A stretch of 64,000 bases of DNA, taken from assembly GCA_963843795.1 (NCBI GenBank), contig CAWJLW010000006.1:1178001-1242000 (forward strand), read 5' to 3'. This DNA comes from an uncultured bacterium (GTDB lineage Bacteria; Armatimonadota; Abditibacteriia; Abditibacteriales; Abditibacteriaceae). The number at the start of each line of letters is the position of its first letter. Within the stretch, counting starts at the first letter, position 1. The translations under genes were made by a program, and so were the position numbers. Below are positions 30,705 to 41,430 of this stretch, in pieces. The notes under the pieces are model-generated. The model ran no database searches, was not told the origin of the DNA, and was given only the letters and a program-made list of their open reading frames with translations.

Positions 30705-32132
30705 ATGCAACGCATCAAATGGTTTTTCGCTGCTGTGCTTGGCCTCATTGCTTTAGGCGTTCTTATTTTTGGGCCGCAGCCCGAAGCCAGTCGCCCCAAA
30801 GATCGCGTGGTAGTTTCCTACTGGGAAAAGTGGACGAGCAAAGAAGCCGAGCAGATGAAAGAAATCGTCAACGACTTCAACAAGACAGTGGGCGCGGAAA
30901 AAGGCATCTATGTCGAGTATCTCTCGATGAGTAATATCAACCAGAAAACTCTCGTCGCGACCGCTGCGGGTGTGCCGCCCGATATCGCCGGTGTCTGGGA
31001 CGCGCAGGTGCCACAGTTTGCAGCCATCGATGCGCTCGAACCGTTGGACGAAATGGCGCGCGCTCATGGCATTACCGAGTCTTATTACAAGCCAGTTTAC
31101 TGGCGTGGTTGCTCTTATGATGGCAAATTGTGGGGCTTGGTTTCCACGCCCGCCGCAGTCGCGCTGCACTATAATAAGCGCGTTTTCAAAGAGAACGCCG
31201 CGCAGCTAAAAGCTGCTGGCCTCGATCCCAATCGCCCGCCCAAAACTCTCGATGAACTCGACCGCTATGCTAAAGTGCTGGACAAGTTCGATAAGAACAA
31301 GAATATCGTGCGCACCGGTTATTTGCCGATGGAACCGGGTTGGTATTTGGCGCAAACGCCGTACTGGTTCGGCGGCCAATTATTCGATCCCAAAACGCAG
31401 AAATTTACACTCACTTCGCCTGAGGTGGTGAAGGCTTACGAATGGGTGCGCTCGTATTCGCTGAAGCTGGGCAAAGATTCGATGTCGGATTTTCGCAGCG
31501 CCTTGGGCGGCTTCGATTCTCCGCAAAACCCCTTCATGGTTGGCAAATTGGCGATGGAACAGCAAGGGCCATGGCTATCGAATTACATCGAAAATAATGC
31601 GCCCAAGCTCAATCGTTGGGTGACGGATGATAAGAAATTGGAAATGACCTGGCCCACTGAAAAACGTCGCACCAATTACGAATGGGGCGCGGCGCCTTTT
31701 CCTTCAGCGGTCGCGAGCGCGCAAGGTGTGGCCTATTGCCCGTTCGATGTGCTGGTAATTCCGCGCGGTGCGCACCATGTTAAGGAAGCTTTTGAATTCA
31801 TCGCTTATGTCAACGAGCAGGGGCCGATGGAAAAGCTGTGCATGATGCACTGCAAAAACTCGCCGCTGAGTAAAGTGAGCCGCAATTTTCTGGAAAAACA
31901 TCCCAATCCGTATATCGCGGTGTTCGAGAATCTGGCTAACAGCCCACAGGCCAAATCTTTGCCGCCGCTGGCTATCTGGCCCGAAGTAGCCGATGAACTG
32001 AGCAACGTGGCGCAGCAGGTTTACCTGTTGCAAGCCACGCCCAAAGCGGCGCTGAGCCAGGCGCAAGCGCGCTTGCAAGAGAAATACAATCGCTTTCGCG
32101 AGTTTCAAGCTGGACGACAGAAAAGCAGCTGA
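30705..32132 (+). CDS. Carbohydrate ABC transporter substrate-binding protein
   Basis: N-terminal TM/signal; AAGVPPDIA, LHYNKRVF, GLDPNRPPKTLDEL. Confidence 0.88.
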   Translation: MQRIKWFFAAVLGLIALGVLIFGPQPEASRPKDRVVVSYWEKWTSKEAEQMKEIVNDFNKTVGAEKGIYVEYLSMSNINQKTLVATAAGVPPDIAGVWDAQVPQFAAIDALEPLDEMARAHGITESYYKPVYWRGCSYDGKLWGLVSTPAAVALHYNKRVFKENAAQLKAAGLDPNRPPKTLDELDRYAKVLDKFDKNKNIVRTGYLPMEPGWYLAQTPYWFGGQLFDPKTQKFTLTSPEVVKAYEWVRSYSLKLGKDSMSDFRSALGGFDSPQNPFMVGKLAMEQQGPWLSNYIENNAPKLNRWVTDDKKLEMTWPTEKRRTNYEWGAAPFPSAVASAQGVAYCPFDVLVIPRGAHHVKEAFEFIAYVNEQGPMEKLCMMHCKNSPLSKVSRNFLEKHPNPYIAVFENLANSPQAKSLPPLAIWPEVADELSNVAQQVYLLQATPKAALSQAQARLQEKYNRFREFQAGRQKSS

Positions 32133-32190
32133 GATTATCCAAAAGTTTTGGAGCTTTGGAAACAGAAAATACAATACCAATACAACAACT

Positions 32191-33075
32191 ATGAATGATG
32201 CCAAAGAACGCGCTCAATTAGTGAAAGGTCTGGGCTTTATTTCGCCATGGATTTTCGGCTTTTTAGCTTTCACGATGTTGCCCATCGCCCTGTCGTTTTA
32301 CTACAGCATGTGCGATTACTCGCTCTTGCAAAAACCATATTTCACCGGCAGCGATAATTATCGCGCTCTCGCTGCCGATCCGATTTTCTGGAAATCTCTG
32401 GTCAACACCGGCTATTACGCCTTGATGGCTTTGCCCGCCAGTTTAATGGTTTCGCTGGGTTTGGCCTTACTGCTGAACGCCGATATCAAAGGACAGGCGA
32501 TTTATCGTACAATTATTTTTCTGCCTTCGCTGGTGCCTGCAGTGGCTTCTGCGGTGCTGTGGTTGTGGCTGTTCAACGCGCGTCTGGGGTTGATTAATGT
32601 AGTGCTGAGCAAAATCGGTATCAGCGGGCCGCCGTGGCTGGCTTCGGAACAGTGGGCGCTGCCCGCGCTGGCGTTGATGAGCTTGTGGGGCGTCGGACAA
32701 ACCGTGGTGATTTATCTGGCCGGTTTGCAAGACGTTCCGCGCGAACTGCTGGAAGCCGCCGAACTCGATGGCGCGGGGCCCGCGCAGCGTTTGCGACATG
32801 TAACGCTGCCCGCAATTTCACCGGTGATTTTCTTCAATCTGATTATGGCGATCATCGGCACGATGCAAGTTTTCGCCATCCCCTACATCATGACCGGCGG
32901 CGGCCCCGCTCGCGCCACCTACTTTTTCACCATGTACTTGTATGACAACGCGTTTCAATACTTGCGCATGGGTTATGCCAGCGCGATGGCGTGGGTCCAA
33001 TTGCTGATTATCCTGGCTCTCACCGGTTTGGCTTTCTGGTCGAGCCGCAAGTGGGTTTATTATCAGGGTCAATAG
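32191..33075 (+). CDS. Carbohydrate ABC transporter permease
   Basis: EAA motif LLEAAELDGAG; MGYASAMAW. Confidence 0.92.
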   Translation: MNDAKERAQLVKGLGFISPWIFGFLAFTMLPIALSFYYSMCDYSLLQKPYFTGSDNYRALAADPIFWKSLVNTGYYALMALPASLMVSLGLALLLNADIKGQAIYRTIIFLPSLVPAVASAVLWLWLFNARLGLINVVLSKIGISGPPWLASEQWALPALALMSLWGVGQTVVIYLAGLQDVPRELLEAAELDGAGPAQRLRHVTLPAISPVIFFNLIMAIIGTMQVFAIPYIMTGGGPARATYFFTMYLYDNAFQYLRMGYASAMAWVQLLIILALTGLAFWSSRKWVYYQGQ

Positions 33076-33098
33076 AATTTTTTAAAGCTTTCAACACT

Positions 33099-34076
33099 AT
33101 GCCGATTACCAGTCCCGACGATACCGACATCGCAACCCTTAGTAACGAAGTTGCAGTAACTGCGCTCGATGCGCGCGAACGCAGAGACAGCCAGCCCAAC
33201 GCGCCGCAACATCGTTTCTCTAATCGGCGCCAGCGCAGTCAAGCGTGGATGGTTCATCTGGGTTTGGTGTTCCTCTCCATCGGCTTTTTATTGCCGTTTG
33301 TGTGGATGGTTTCCACGAGCTTAAAATCGCTCGACCAGACGATGAGCTTTCCACCGGATTTCATCCCGCATCCCGCTTTGCCGGCCAACTACTGGCTCGC
33401 TCTCACTTCGCCGAAAATGGATTTCCCCCTTTTTACGCGCAACACGCTGATCATTGCGTTGTTCACGGTTGTGGGAACTGTCGTTTCCAGCGCGATTGTG
33501 GCCTATGGTTTCGCCAAAGTTTCTTTCAAGGGACGCGGCGTTTTGTTCGGGATTATGCTGGCGACGATGATGGTGCCGTTTCCCGTGATGATGGTTTCGT
33601 TGTTCGCGATTTTTCGCTGGCTTTCCGATCACACGCCCGTTCAGTGGATGGGCACCTTCAAACCGCTGTGGGTTCCTGCATGGTTCGGTTCAGCGTTTAA
33701 CATCTTTTTGCTGCGCCAGTTTTTCGTCACTATTCCCGATGAACTTTCCGAATCGGCGCGCTTGGATGGCTGCTCGGATTGGAACATTTTTCTGCGCATT
33801 ATTTTGCCGCTCGCGCGTCCGGCTTTGGCGGTCGTCGCACTCTTTACGTTTATGGGCGTGTGGAACGATTTTCTTGGACCACTGGTATATTTGCAATATC
33901 CGCAACAATACACGCTGGCGCTGGGACTGCAAAACTTTCAATCGCAGCAGGGCGGGACGGAATGGAACATTTTGATGGCGGCTTCTGTATTGGTCTTGTT
34001 ACCGGTTGTCATTCTGTTTTTCCTGGCCCAGCGCACCTTCATCCAAGGCATCGCTACAACCGGCATGAAAGGCTGA
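33099..34076 (+). CDS. Carbohydrate ABC transporter permease
   Basis: IPDELSESARLDGCS; WNDFLGPL; FIQGIATTGMKG. Confidence 0.92.
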   Translation: MPITSPDDTDIATLSNEVAVTALDARERRDSQPNAPQHRFSNRRQRSQAWMVHLGLVFLSIGFLLPFVWMVSTSLKSLDQTMSFPPDFIPHPALPANYWLALTSPKMDFPLFTRNTLIIALFTVVGTVVSSAIVAYGFAKVSFKGRGVLFGIMLATMMVPFPVMMVSLFAIFRWLSDHTPVQWMGTFKPLWVPAWFGSAFNIFLLRQFFVTIPDELSESARLDGCSDWNIFLRIILPLARPALAVVALFTFMGVWNDFLGPLVYLQYPQQYTLALGLQNFQSQQGGTEWNILMAASVLVLLPVVILFFLAQRTFIQGIATTGMKG

Positions 34077-34283
34077 AAAGTGCTGCAAGTACTTGCAACA
34101 GGGTTTTGTTCCACCCACAAACCGCTTGGCAAGTACTTGCAGGAGATCGGCGCGAACGGAAACGAATCAATGTCACTGATTGTCGGTGGTATTCCTACGT
34201 GCTTTTTCGCCGGAGAAATTGGTCGCTGCTATAAGCAAACGTTATAATGGGATAACAACCCCTCGCACACCTGTGACACCTGT

Positions 34284-36386
34284 ATGAAATCAACTTCCGT
34301 TGTGACGCCTGTTGTTGATGCTCGGTCCGCTTCTTCGCCACAAGCGGCCCGCGAAATGGACGCCGAAACCACCTTGAGTGGACGCGAAGGTGGCGTGACT
34401 TTTCGCGTGGTGACTTTGTGTTTACTCTTGGCAGTCGTGCTTGGTTATGCGCTACCGGTCATCGACTACAAATTGCAAAACACTTTTCTGGGTGGCTCGC
34501 ACTTGCCTGCCGGCGCGATTGGTGTGCTGCTGATTCTGGTGGTAGTCATCAATCCTCTGCTGGGGTTGTTGAGCCGCAAATGGACGCTTTCGCGCAACGA
34601 AGCGCTCACGGTCTACATTTCGTGCCTGTTTTCAAGCCTTGTGCCTGGTCACGGCAGCGAGAATTTCATCATCTCGAACTTGATGGCGCCGTTTTATTTC
34701 GCCACGCGCGAAAATGGTTGGCTCGATTACTTCACGCCTTATCTGAAACCATGGATGATGCCTGCGCTGAATGCCGACGGCACGGTCAATAACGAAGTGG
34801 TTCGTGGCTGGTATCAGGGAATTTCGCCGGAAACTGCGGTGCCGTGGGGCGCGTGGCTGGTGCCAATGCTTTTCTGGATGAGCTTCGTTCTCGTTTCCTA
34901 TGTGATGTTGGGCTGCCTCAGCGTGATGTTGCGCGCGCAGTGGGCCGAGCGCGAAGCGCTGGCGTTTCCTTTGTTGAAACTGCCGCTACAAATGACCGAA
35001 GATTTGGATAAAACCGATAGATACGGCTTTCTGGGCCGTTTTTTCAGCAATCCAATGATGTGGAGCGGTTTCGCGATTGCGGTTGTGATTCAAGCTATTC
35101 GCGGCTTGCATTTGTATTTCCCTGACGTGCCCGACTTTCCTTTGGGCATCGACACCGGCCCGCTGTTTTCGGAAGCGCCGTGGAATCAGATCGGTTGGAT
35201 GCCGCTGACGATTTATCCGATGGTCGTCGGTATCACTTATTTGCTGACTTCCGAAATTTCGTTTTCGCTGTGGTTTTTCTATTTGTTGATTAAGTTTCAA
35301 TACATCGTGGCGTATACGTTCGGTTATCCCGTCAGCACAATGCCCAATGCCGACGGTTTTCCCGACAAACTGTTTACTGGCAACCAGATTGGCGGCTGTT
35401 ATCTGGCTTATGTTGCTCTAATTCTTTGGACAGGACGCGAACATTTCAAACACATTTTCCTGCGCGCATTTCGTCGCGTGCCAGCAGGCAAAGCCGAAGC
35501 GACCGAAATGATGTCGTATCCGCTGGCGTTCTGGGGCTTCACACTTTCGCTGCTGCTGATGATTGCTGTAACTACGGCGACCGGCGTACGCGTCGATATT
35601 GCGATTGCGCTGTGGCTTTCTTATCTGGTGCTGGCGATTGGTTTATCGCGCGTAGCGGTTGAAGGCGGTATGCTGGCGTTACAACACGCGACCAACCCAT
35701 TGGGCGCGATGGCGCGTCTGATGAATTCGGGGCCAAGCAGTTGGATCACTTTTGCAAACGGGGCTTCGCCAGCTTCGTTTTTTCAGGCTGGCATTGTCAA
35801 CCATATGCGCGGTTTCATCATGCCGTCGTTTATTCACTCGTTCAAACTAGCGCACGATCATCGGATTGCGCGCCGACCGCTGGGCGCTTTGATTGTCGCG
35901 ACCGTTCTCATCGCTGTTGTCGTAAGTTGGATTACAACAGTTAATCTGGGCTATCGCGGTGGTGGCGCGCTGACTTTCGGGCATAAATGGTGGGCGCAGG
36001 ACGGCCCCAAAATGTCGGCTTATTTCTTGGGTTCAATGAGTGATGCCAACACGCGCGCCTCGGCTCCCGCAAGCTGGTTCTGGTTGGTCTTTGGTGGGCT
36101 GGCGACCTGGGGCATGATGCTGATGCGCAGCCGTTTTACCTGGTTTCCTTTGCATCCTATCGGCTACATCATGTCGCTGGTTTATCCTTCGGCCACGTTC
36201 TGGTTTTCTATTTTTCTGGGCTGGATGTTCAAAAGCCTCATCTCGCGCTATGGCGGCGGCGATTCCTATCGCAAAACAGTTCCGCTTTTCTTGGGCCTCG
36301 CGCTGGGCGATGTGTGCATGATTTTGTTTTGGCTCGCTATCGACGGCTGGCAGGGACGCACCACGCACGTCTTGTTGCCCGCCTAA
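34284..36386 (+). CDS. DUF6785/DUF6784-type multi-pass membrane protein (putative transporter)
   Basis: PWGAWLVP, QWAEREALAFPL, WFPLHPIGY, WFSIFLGW, PLFLGLALGD. Confidence 0.7.
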   Translation: MKSTSVVTPVVDARSASSPQAAREMDAETTLSGREGGVTFRVVTLCLLLAVVLGYALPVIDYKLQNTFLGGSHLPAGAIGVLLILVVVINPLLGLLSRKWTLSRNEALTVYISCLFSSLVPGHGSENFIISNLMAPFYFATRENGWLDYFTPYLKPWMMPALNADGTVNNEVVRGWYQGISPETAVPWGAWLVPMLFWMSFVLVSYVMLGCLSVMLRAQWAEREALAFPLLKLPLQMTEDLDKTDRYGFLGRFFSNPMMWSGFAIAVVIQAIRGLHLYFPDVPDFPLGIDTGPLFSEAPWNQIGWMPLTIYPMVVGITYLLTSEISFSLWFFYLLIKFQYIVAYTFGYPVSTMPNADGFPDKLFTGNQIGGCYLAYVALILWTGREHFKHIFLRAFRRVPAGKAEATEMMSYPLAFWGFTLSLLLMIAVTTATGVRVDIAIALWLSYLVLAIGLSRVAVEGGMLALQHATNPLGAMARLMNSGPSSWITFANGASPASFFQAGIVNHMRGFIMPSFIHSFKLAHDHRIARRPLGALIVATVLIAVVVSWITTVNLGYRGGGALTFGHKWWAQDGPKMSAYFLGSMSDANTRASAPASWFWLVFGGLATWGMMLMRSRFTWFPLHPIGYIMSLVYPSATFWFSIFLGWMFKSLISRYGGGDSYRKTVPLFLGLALGDVCMILFWLAIDGWQGRTTHVLLPA

Positions 36387-36395
36387 TTCACAACC

Positions 36396-36463
36396 CGCTT
36401 TCCAGAAACGTTTTGTGCCCGCTGCAAGTACTTGCAGCGGGCGCAAAACGTTTCTGGAAAGCG
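36396..36463. terminator. 68-bp near-perfect palindrome (1 mismatch) centred on the iterated motif, between convergent stops
   Basis: CGCTTTCCAGAAACGTTTTGTGCCCGCTGCAAGT/ACTTGCAGCGGGCGCAAAACGTTTCTGGAAAGCG. Confidence 0.65.
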
Positions 36464-36467
36464 TGGC

Positions 36468-37582
36468 TCAGTTTTCCGGTGGCCCAAAATCCGGTGGCCC
36501 GTCGTCGGGCGGCCCATCCACGGGCGGTCCAAAATCCGGCGGCGGTCCAGAAATCCCGGCGGTGGGCCAAAATCCGGCGGCGGTCCAAATCCCGGTGGTG
36601 GGCCAAATCCCGGTGGTGGCGGCCCGAAGCCCGGCCCACCGAAACCGCCGCCTCCGCGTCCGTTGGGTGGTGGCCCTTTTTGAAAAGAGGTGTCGGGGGT
36701 GCCACGATTTTGACGCGGGATGAAAGGAAATTCATCGGTCAGCACATAGTAAAAGGTGCCCTTGGGATATTCTGGCGTAATGCCAGTGCGCCCGTTATAT
36801 TCATCCAGATCACCCGTACCTTTGACGTATTCCCAATCGGCGGTAAAAGTCCCGTCGTAGTCGCCGCCCGGCCCTTCATTGCCCTCGGGGCGTTGACCTT
36901 CTTTCAGGCGGTAGCTCGAACGCAATTTTTTCAGTGGACTTTTCACATTATTGGCGTCGCTGTATCCCTGATTGTCGTAGATTGGAAAGCCGTCGGCAGC
37001 ATAACCGATCAGTGTCATCGCGCCTTTCTTTTGCAATTTGGCGATAAGGCCGATTGGCAAACCGTGATAATGATACGCGCCCGTAGGCTGCACATGAGCC
37101 AGATTGGCATCGACGCCGAGATTGATTTTGCCGGTCAGGGCTTCGTAATTCCAGTTCCGGTCATTGTTCCAAAGCTCAGCCGTTCCCGGATCGAAGGGAA
37201 CGCCATTCAACGCTACGCCAAACAACACTGGGCCATCTCGCGGTGGCCTGCGTCGCGCCATCACTTGTTGCGCTGTTTTGGGATGGAGCGGCACGCGAAA
37301 CATGTAGTCCTGTGCGTGGATTGTATTCGGATTGCCGGGATTGGGAAACTTGCCGGTTGTATGATTGGGCAAGCCATTTGAGGTGATGATGCGTTGGTCA
37401 TCTTTTATTTCAATGGCAACTTTCGGTGCGGGCAACGGACCGCTGTCTGGCTGTTGAGCGATGCCACCGGGCGCTCGTTGTGCGGACGCTCTTTGCCCCA
37501 ATTGCGCATAAGCGTAACCGCTCGCCATCGCTAGCGCGACAGCGCCCATTGCTAAAGTTTTTTTCTTCGATTGTTCAATCAT
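36468..37582 (-). CDS. YHYH-domain secreted protein with GPPP(G/D)F repeat tail (apparent indel near 36550)
   Basis: SNGLPNH, GVALNGV, HVQPTGAYHYHG, GYAADGFPIY, GDLDEYNGR; repeat register continues in a shifted frame to TGA at 36468. Confidence 0.82.
36470..36650 (-). repeat. Degenerate 18-nt coding repeats (GPPPGF/GPPPDF)
   Basis: Tandem units such as GGGCCACCACCGGGATTT on the minus strand. Confidence 0.75.
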
Positions 37583-37609
37583 TTGCCCTCCAAATTGTCT
37601 AAGCACCTT

Positions 37610-38674
37610 CTAACCATTGAAAATTCGCGTCGCAAACCAAAACGCGCCTACAACCGCGACGCTGGTCGAACCGTAGAACACCAGTGGTTCACGCCAGCGC
37701 GGTCGGTTTTGGATCAGCCATGCCAAGGCGGGAGCGATAATCATCACTAATATGGCCTGTCCCATTTCCACTCCGACATTGAACGACACCAGCGCCCAAC
37801 CTAACGCCGCACGCGCCAGCCCGCTTTCGGTCAGAGCCGCCGCGAAGCCAAAACCGTGAATCAGGCCAAAGCCTAAGGCCAACCACGGGCGCGCATCCAG
37901 TTGAACCGGCTTTTTCGCTTCGATTGCACGCAAATTCAAGCCGGCCACCGCGACAATGGAAAGCGCGATCAGCGGTTCAATCAACCGCGCGGGTGGCACA
38001 AAAACTCCAGTGGCGGCCAGTGTCAGCGTGAGGCTGTGTGCGAGGGTGAAAGCGGTCACAATTTTAAGCAACTGCCGCCACGTTCCACCCAGCAGTAACA
38101 GGCTCGCCAGAAACAAAATGTGATCCCAACCGCCGAAAATATGCGCCATTCCCAAACGCACAAATTGCCCAATAACCGCTGTGTGCCCGTTGACTGTCGT
38201 CGCTGCCTCGACTTTCATCCCGCCGATTTGTGCTGTTGGCTGTTGATTATTGACCAGAGCTTCGCCCACGACCTGACGATTTTTCACGACGGTGACCAGT
38301 GTTGATTCACCGGTTTTTTCGGGGAACAAAGGTGCATCTATTGTGACCCGCGTTGCCGCGCCCTGTCGCGTGGCCTGCCAAATAACGATGTCATTCCTCG
38401 CATCGCGCAGAACGTGCACGCTATCGGCGTGAAATGGCTTTTCATCGAGTCGTAATTGCAAGCGGCGCGCAAGAGCCTGACCCGGATCGCGCGCTTCCTC
38501 TGCGCTCAGGGAGAGAGTATGCGCCAGTGCGCTGACCGAAACACTGGTCGTATCGAGCCGCACTTTGATGCGGGCTAATTTTAAATCGTGCGCGTGTCCC
38601 GGTTTTTGGACCGCGATGATACACGCGACTAAAATGAGCCAGAAACATACTCCGGTTGGAATGCTCAATTTCAT
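37610..38674 (-). CDS. HupE/UreJ family membrane protein
   Basis: HIFGGWDHILFL, TAFTLAHSLTL, FGLIHGFGFA, FNVGVEMGQ. Confidence 0.9.
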   Translation of the reverse strand: MKLSIPTGVCFWLILVACIIAVQKPGHAHDLKLARIKVRLDTTSVSVSALAHTLSLSAEEARDPGQALARRLQLRLDEKPFHADSVHVLRDARNDIVIWQATRQGAATRVTIDAPLFPEKTGESTLVTVVKNRQVVGEALVNNQQPTAQIGGMKVEAATTVNGHTAVIGQFVRLGMAHIFGGWDHILFLASLLLLGGTWRQLLKIVTAFTLAHSLTLTLAATGVFVPPARLIEPLIALSIVAVAGLNLRAIEAKKPVQLDARPWLALGFGLIHGFGFAAALTESGLARAALGWALVSFNVGVEMGQAILVMIIAPALAWLIQNRPRWREPLVFYGSTSVAVVGAFWFATRIFNG

Positions 38675-38841
38675 AAGATTACAACAAAACACTTTGTTCT
38701 CATTGTGCAATTTCTATTTTACGTAAGGGCATCATTAGAAATTGTAGAGTTTTCTCAAGAAATGCAAAGTTGTTTTGGCATAAATGATCCACCTGTAATT
38801 CTGAGGTTATCGCTTAAAATACTTAAATTTGAAAATGGCAG

Positions 38842-38901
38842 ACAGACCGCCTTCTTTTCTCTGCTGCAAGTACTTGCAGAAGAGAAAAGAAGGCGGTCTG
38901 T
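38842..38901. repeat. 60-bp near-perfect palindrome (1 mismatch) centred on the iterated motif, in a divergent intergenic region
   Basis: ACAGACCGCCTTCTTTTCTCTGCTGCAAGT/ACTTGCAGAAGAGAAAAGAAGGCGGTCTGT. Confidence 0.9.
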
Positions 38902-38938
38902 TAAAATAAATTCATATCAAAAAGGAAGGAAATACTTT

Positions 38939-41224
38939 ATGAAGAAATTTAAACCCTCCGCAACGCTTTTCGCAGCAGCACTCTTGTGTGCCGCTGCTTT
39001 TGTGCCCGCGTTGACGTCAGTAGCGCAGGCTTGGGAAGCGAAGAAAGCGCCAATTATGACCAAGTGGGCCAAAGAAGTCACTGCCGATAAACCTCTGGCC
39101 GAATATCCACGTCCGCAAATGGTGCGCACCGATTGGCTGAATTTGAACGGAGCTTGGGAATATCAGAGTGGTACCGAAGACGATCCCACGCCGTTTGGTA
39201 CCAAACTCAAGAGTGAAATTCTCGTCCCGTTTCCTGTTGAATCGGCTTTGTCCGGTGTGATGGAGCATCACGAGCGCATCTGGTATCGGCGCAGTTTCAA
39301 TGTGCCGACAGCGTGGAAAGGCAAGCAGTTGATGCTGAATTTTGGCGCGGTCGATTACGAAGCCGAAGTGTTCATCAACGGCCAAAGTCTGGGCGTTCAC
39401 AAAGGTGGCTACGAGCCATTCAGCTTGAATATCACGCCGCAATTGAATGAAAACGGGCCGCAAGAAATCATTGTGCGCGTTTTCGATCCGACCGAAGCCG
39501 GCGGACAGCCGCGTGGCAAACAAACCACAAAGCCCGGCGGCATCATGTATACGCCGACGACCGGCATCTGGCAAACGGTGTGGCTCGAACCAGTGAATTT
39601 GCGCTCGGTGCAAAGCCTGCATTTGGTGCCCGATGTGGATGGTAAAAGCGTCAAGGTCACAGTAAATGTGCCGAAAGCTGTGGCGGGAAATGAAGTTCTG
39701 GTCAATGTCAAAGATGGCAACAACGTCGTTGGCTCGGCGCGCGGCAAAGCCAATGCGGAGATGACAATCGCGGTGCCCGATGCCAAATTGTGGTCGCCGG
39801 ATTCGCCGTTTTTGTATCAAGTTGATGTGGCTTTGAACGAAGCGAACAAGCAGGTCGATCACGTCGATAGTTATTTTGGAATGCGCAAGATTTCTCTGGG
39901 CATGGCTGATGGTTTTCAGCGTATGCTTTTGAACGATAAATTCGTGTTTCAAATGGGGCCTTTGGATCAGGGTTTCTGGCCGGATGGACTTTACACCGCG
40001 CCGACCGATGACGCTTTGAAATACGATATCGAAATGGAAAAGCAGCTCGGCTTTAATATGGTGCGCAAGCACATCAAAGTCGAGCCAGCGCGCTGGTATT
40101 ACTGGGCCGACAAGTTGGGCATTATGGTGTGGCAGGATATGCCTTCGCCCAACTCGTATATCGGCAATCCGCCGCCCATCGACAAGCCCGCGTTCGAGAA
40201 GCAGGTTCGTAACGTGATTAGCACGCACTGGAATTCTCCCGCGATTATCATGTGGGTGATTTTCAATGAAAATCAGGCTTATCACGATGCCGAACAATTG
40301 GTGACATTGGCCAAAACGCTCGACCCCAGCCGTCTGGTCAGTCGCAACAGCGGCCTCGATGTTCGTGAAGATTGGGGCATCAGCGACATTCTCGATGTTC
40401 ACAGTTATCCACCGCCCGCGGCCCCCAATCCCGCTGAGGCCGCTCAAAAGCAGGCTATGGTTTGTGGCGAGTATGGCGGCATTGGTTATGTAATCAAAGA
40501 TCACCTGTGGAAAGAAGGCGGCTGGGGTTACACGACCATCAACAGCGCGCAGGAACTGGAAGATTTGTATGGTGAATTCGCTATGATGCTGAAAGGCTTC
40601 CGCGATACTAAAGGTCTCAGTGCGGCGGTTTACACTGAAATCACCGATGTGGAAATCGAGCTGAACGGTTTAATGACTTACGACCGCATTCTCAAGTGCG
40701 ATCCCCAGCGCATCGCCCTCGCCAATCGTTTCCAATATCCGGTGCCGACGTTTGAAACTCTTGTTCCCACTTCGGAAGCTCAAAACCAGAATTGGAAATA
40801 CACCTTCGAGAATCCGCCGCTCAACTGGAACACCAAAGCTTTCACTGGGTCGGATTGGAAAAGCGCGCCGGGCGGTTTCGGTACGCAAAACACGCCAGGT
40901 ATCGGACAACTGGGCACGGTGTGGAACACGCCCGATATTTGGTTATATCGCACTTTCACGCTGCCGAATTTGACCGCAGAACAAGTCGGCCAAATCGTGC
41001 TTCGCGATTATCACGATGAAGATGTCGAAGTTTTCATCAACGGAGTGCTGGCTTATAAAAGCACTGGTTTTATCGGCAGCTACGAAAACAAGCCAATTAC
41101 ACCCGAGGCGCGTCAGGCGCTGGTGCTGGGCGGCGAAAATGCCATCGCTGTGCATTGCCACCAAACGCAAGGCGGCCAGTATATTGATGTTGGCCTGTCG
41201 CTGCGCATTCCGTCCAAAGAGTAA
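38939..41224 (+). CDS. Secreted GH2 glycoside hydrolase
   Basis: Signal peptide; EYPRPQM, LNLNGAW, FGAVDYE, LDQGFWPDG, RKHIKVEP, WVIFNE, GEYGG. Confidence 0.88.
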   Translation: MKKFKPSATLFAAALLCAAAFVPALTSVAQAWEAKKAPIMTKWAKEVTADKPLAEYPRPQMVRTDWLNLNGAWEYQSGTEDDPTPFGTKLKSEILVPFPVESALSGVMEHHERIWYRRSFNVPTAWKGKQLMLNFGAVDYEAEVFINGQSLGVHKGGYEPFSLNITPQLNENGPQEIIVRVFDPTEAGGQPRGKQTTKPGGIMYTPTTGIWQTVWLEPVNLRSVQSLHLVPDVDGKSVKVTVNVPKAVAGNEVLVNVKDGNNVVGSARGKANAEMTIAVPDAKLWSPDSPFLYQVDVALNEANKQVDHVDSYFGMRKISLGMADGFQRMLLNDKFVFQMGPLDQGFWPDGLYTAPTDDALKYDIEMEKQLGFNMVRKHIKVEPARWYYWADKLGIMVWQDMPSPNSYIGNPPPIDKPAFEKQVRNVISTHWNSPAIIMWVIFNENQAYHDAEQLVTLAKTLDPSRLVSRNSGLDVREDWGISDILDVHSYPPPAAPNPAEAAQKQAMVCGEYGGIGYVIKDHLWKEGGWGYTTINSAQELEDLYGEFAMMLKGFRDTKGLSAAVYTEITDVEIELNGLMTYDRILKCDPQRIALANRFQYPVPTFETLVPTSEAQNQNWKYTFENPPLNWNTKAFTGSDWKSAPGGFGTQNTPGIGQLGTVWNTPDIWLYRTFTLPNLTAEQVGQIVLRDYHDEDVEVFINGVLAYKSTGFIGSYENKPITPEARQALVLGGENAIAVHCHQTQGGQYIDVGLSLRIPSKE

Positions 41225-41236
41225 GTTTGCTCACCT

Positions 41237-41270
41237 AAACGCCCGCTGCAAGTACTTGCAGCGGGCGTTT
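41237..41270 (+). terminator. 34-bp palindrome centred on the iterated motif, after the GH2 stop
   Basis: AAACGCCCGCTGCAAGT/ACTTGCAGCGGGCGTTT(T). Confidence 0.6.
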
Positions 41271-41396
41271 TCGGCTTCACAGCGCCTGAAAAAGTACTTG
41301 CAGCGTCCTTTCAACCCACACTTAATTTCTGGAATGAAAATCAAGCCCTTGCATTTCTGTATCGCGCCTTTTTCTGTTTTTATTTGATTTTTATCG

Positions 41397-41425
41397 TTGA
41401 TAACTGGCTCAAACCCAAATATAAT
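41397..41425 (+). promoter_or_regulatory. Sigma70-type promoter with no downstream ORF
   Basis: TTGATA-17 bp-TATAAT with a T-rich upstream tract. Confidence 0.65.
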
Positions 41426-41430
41426 CGCGA

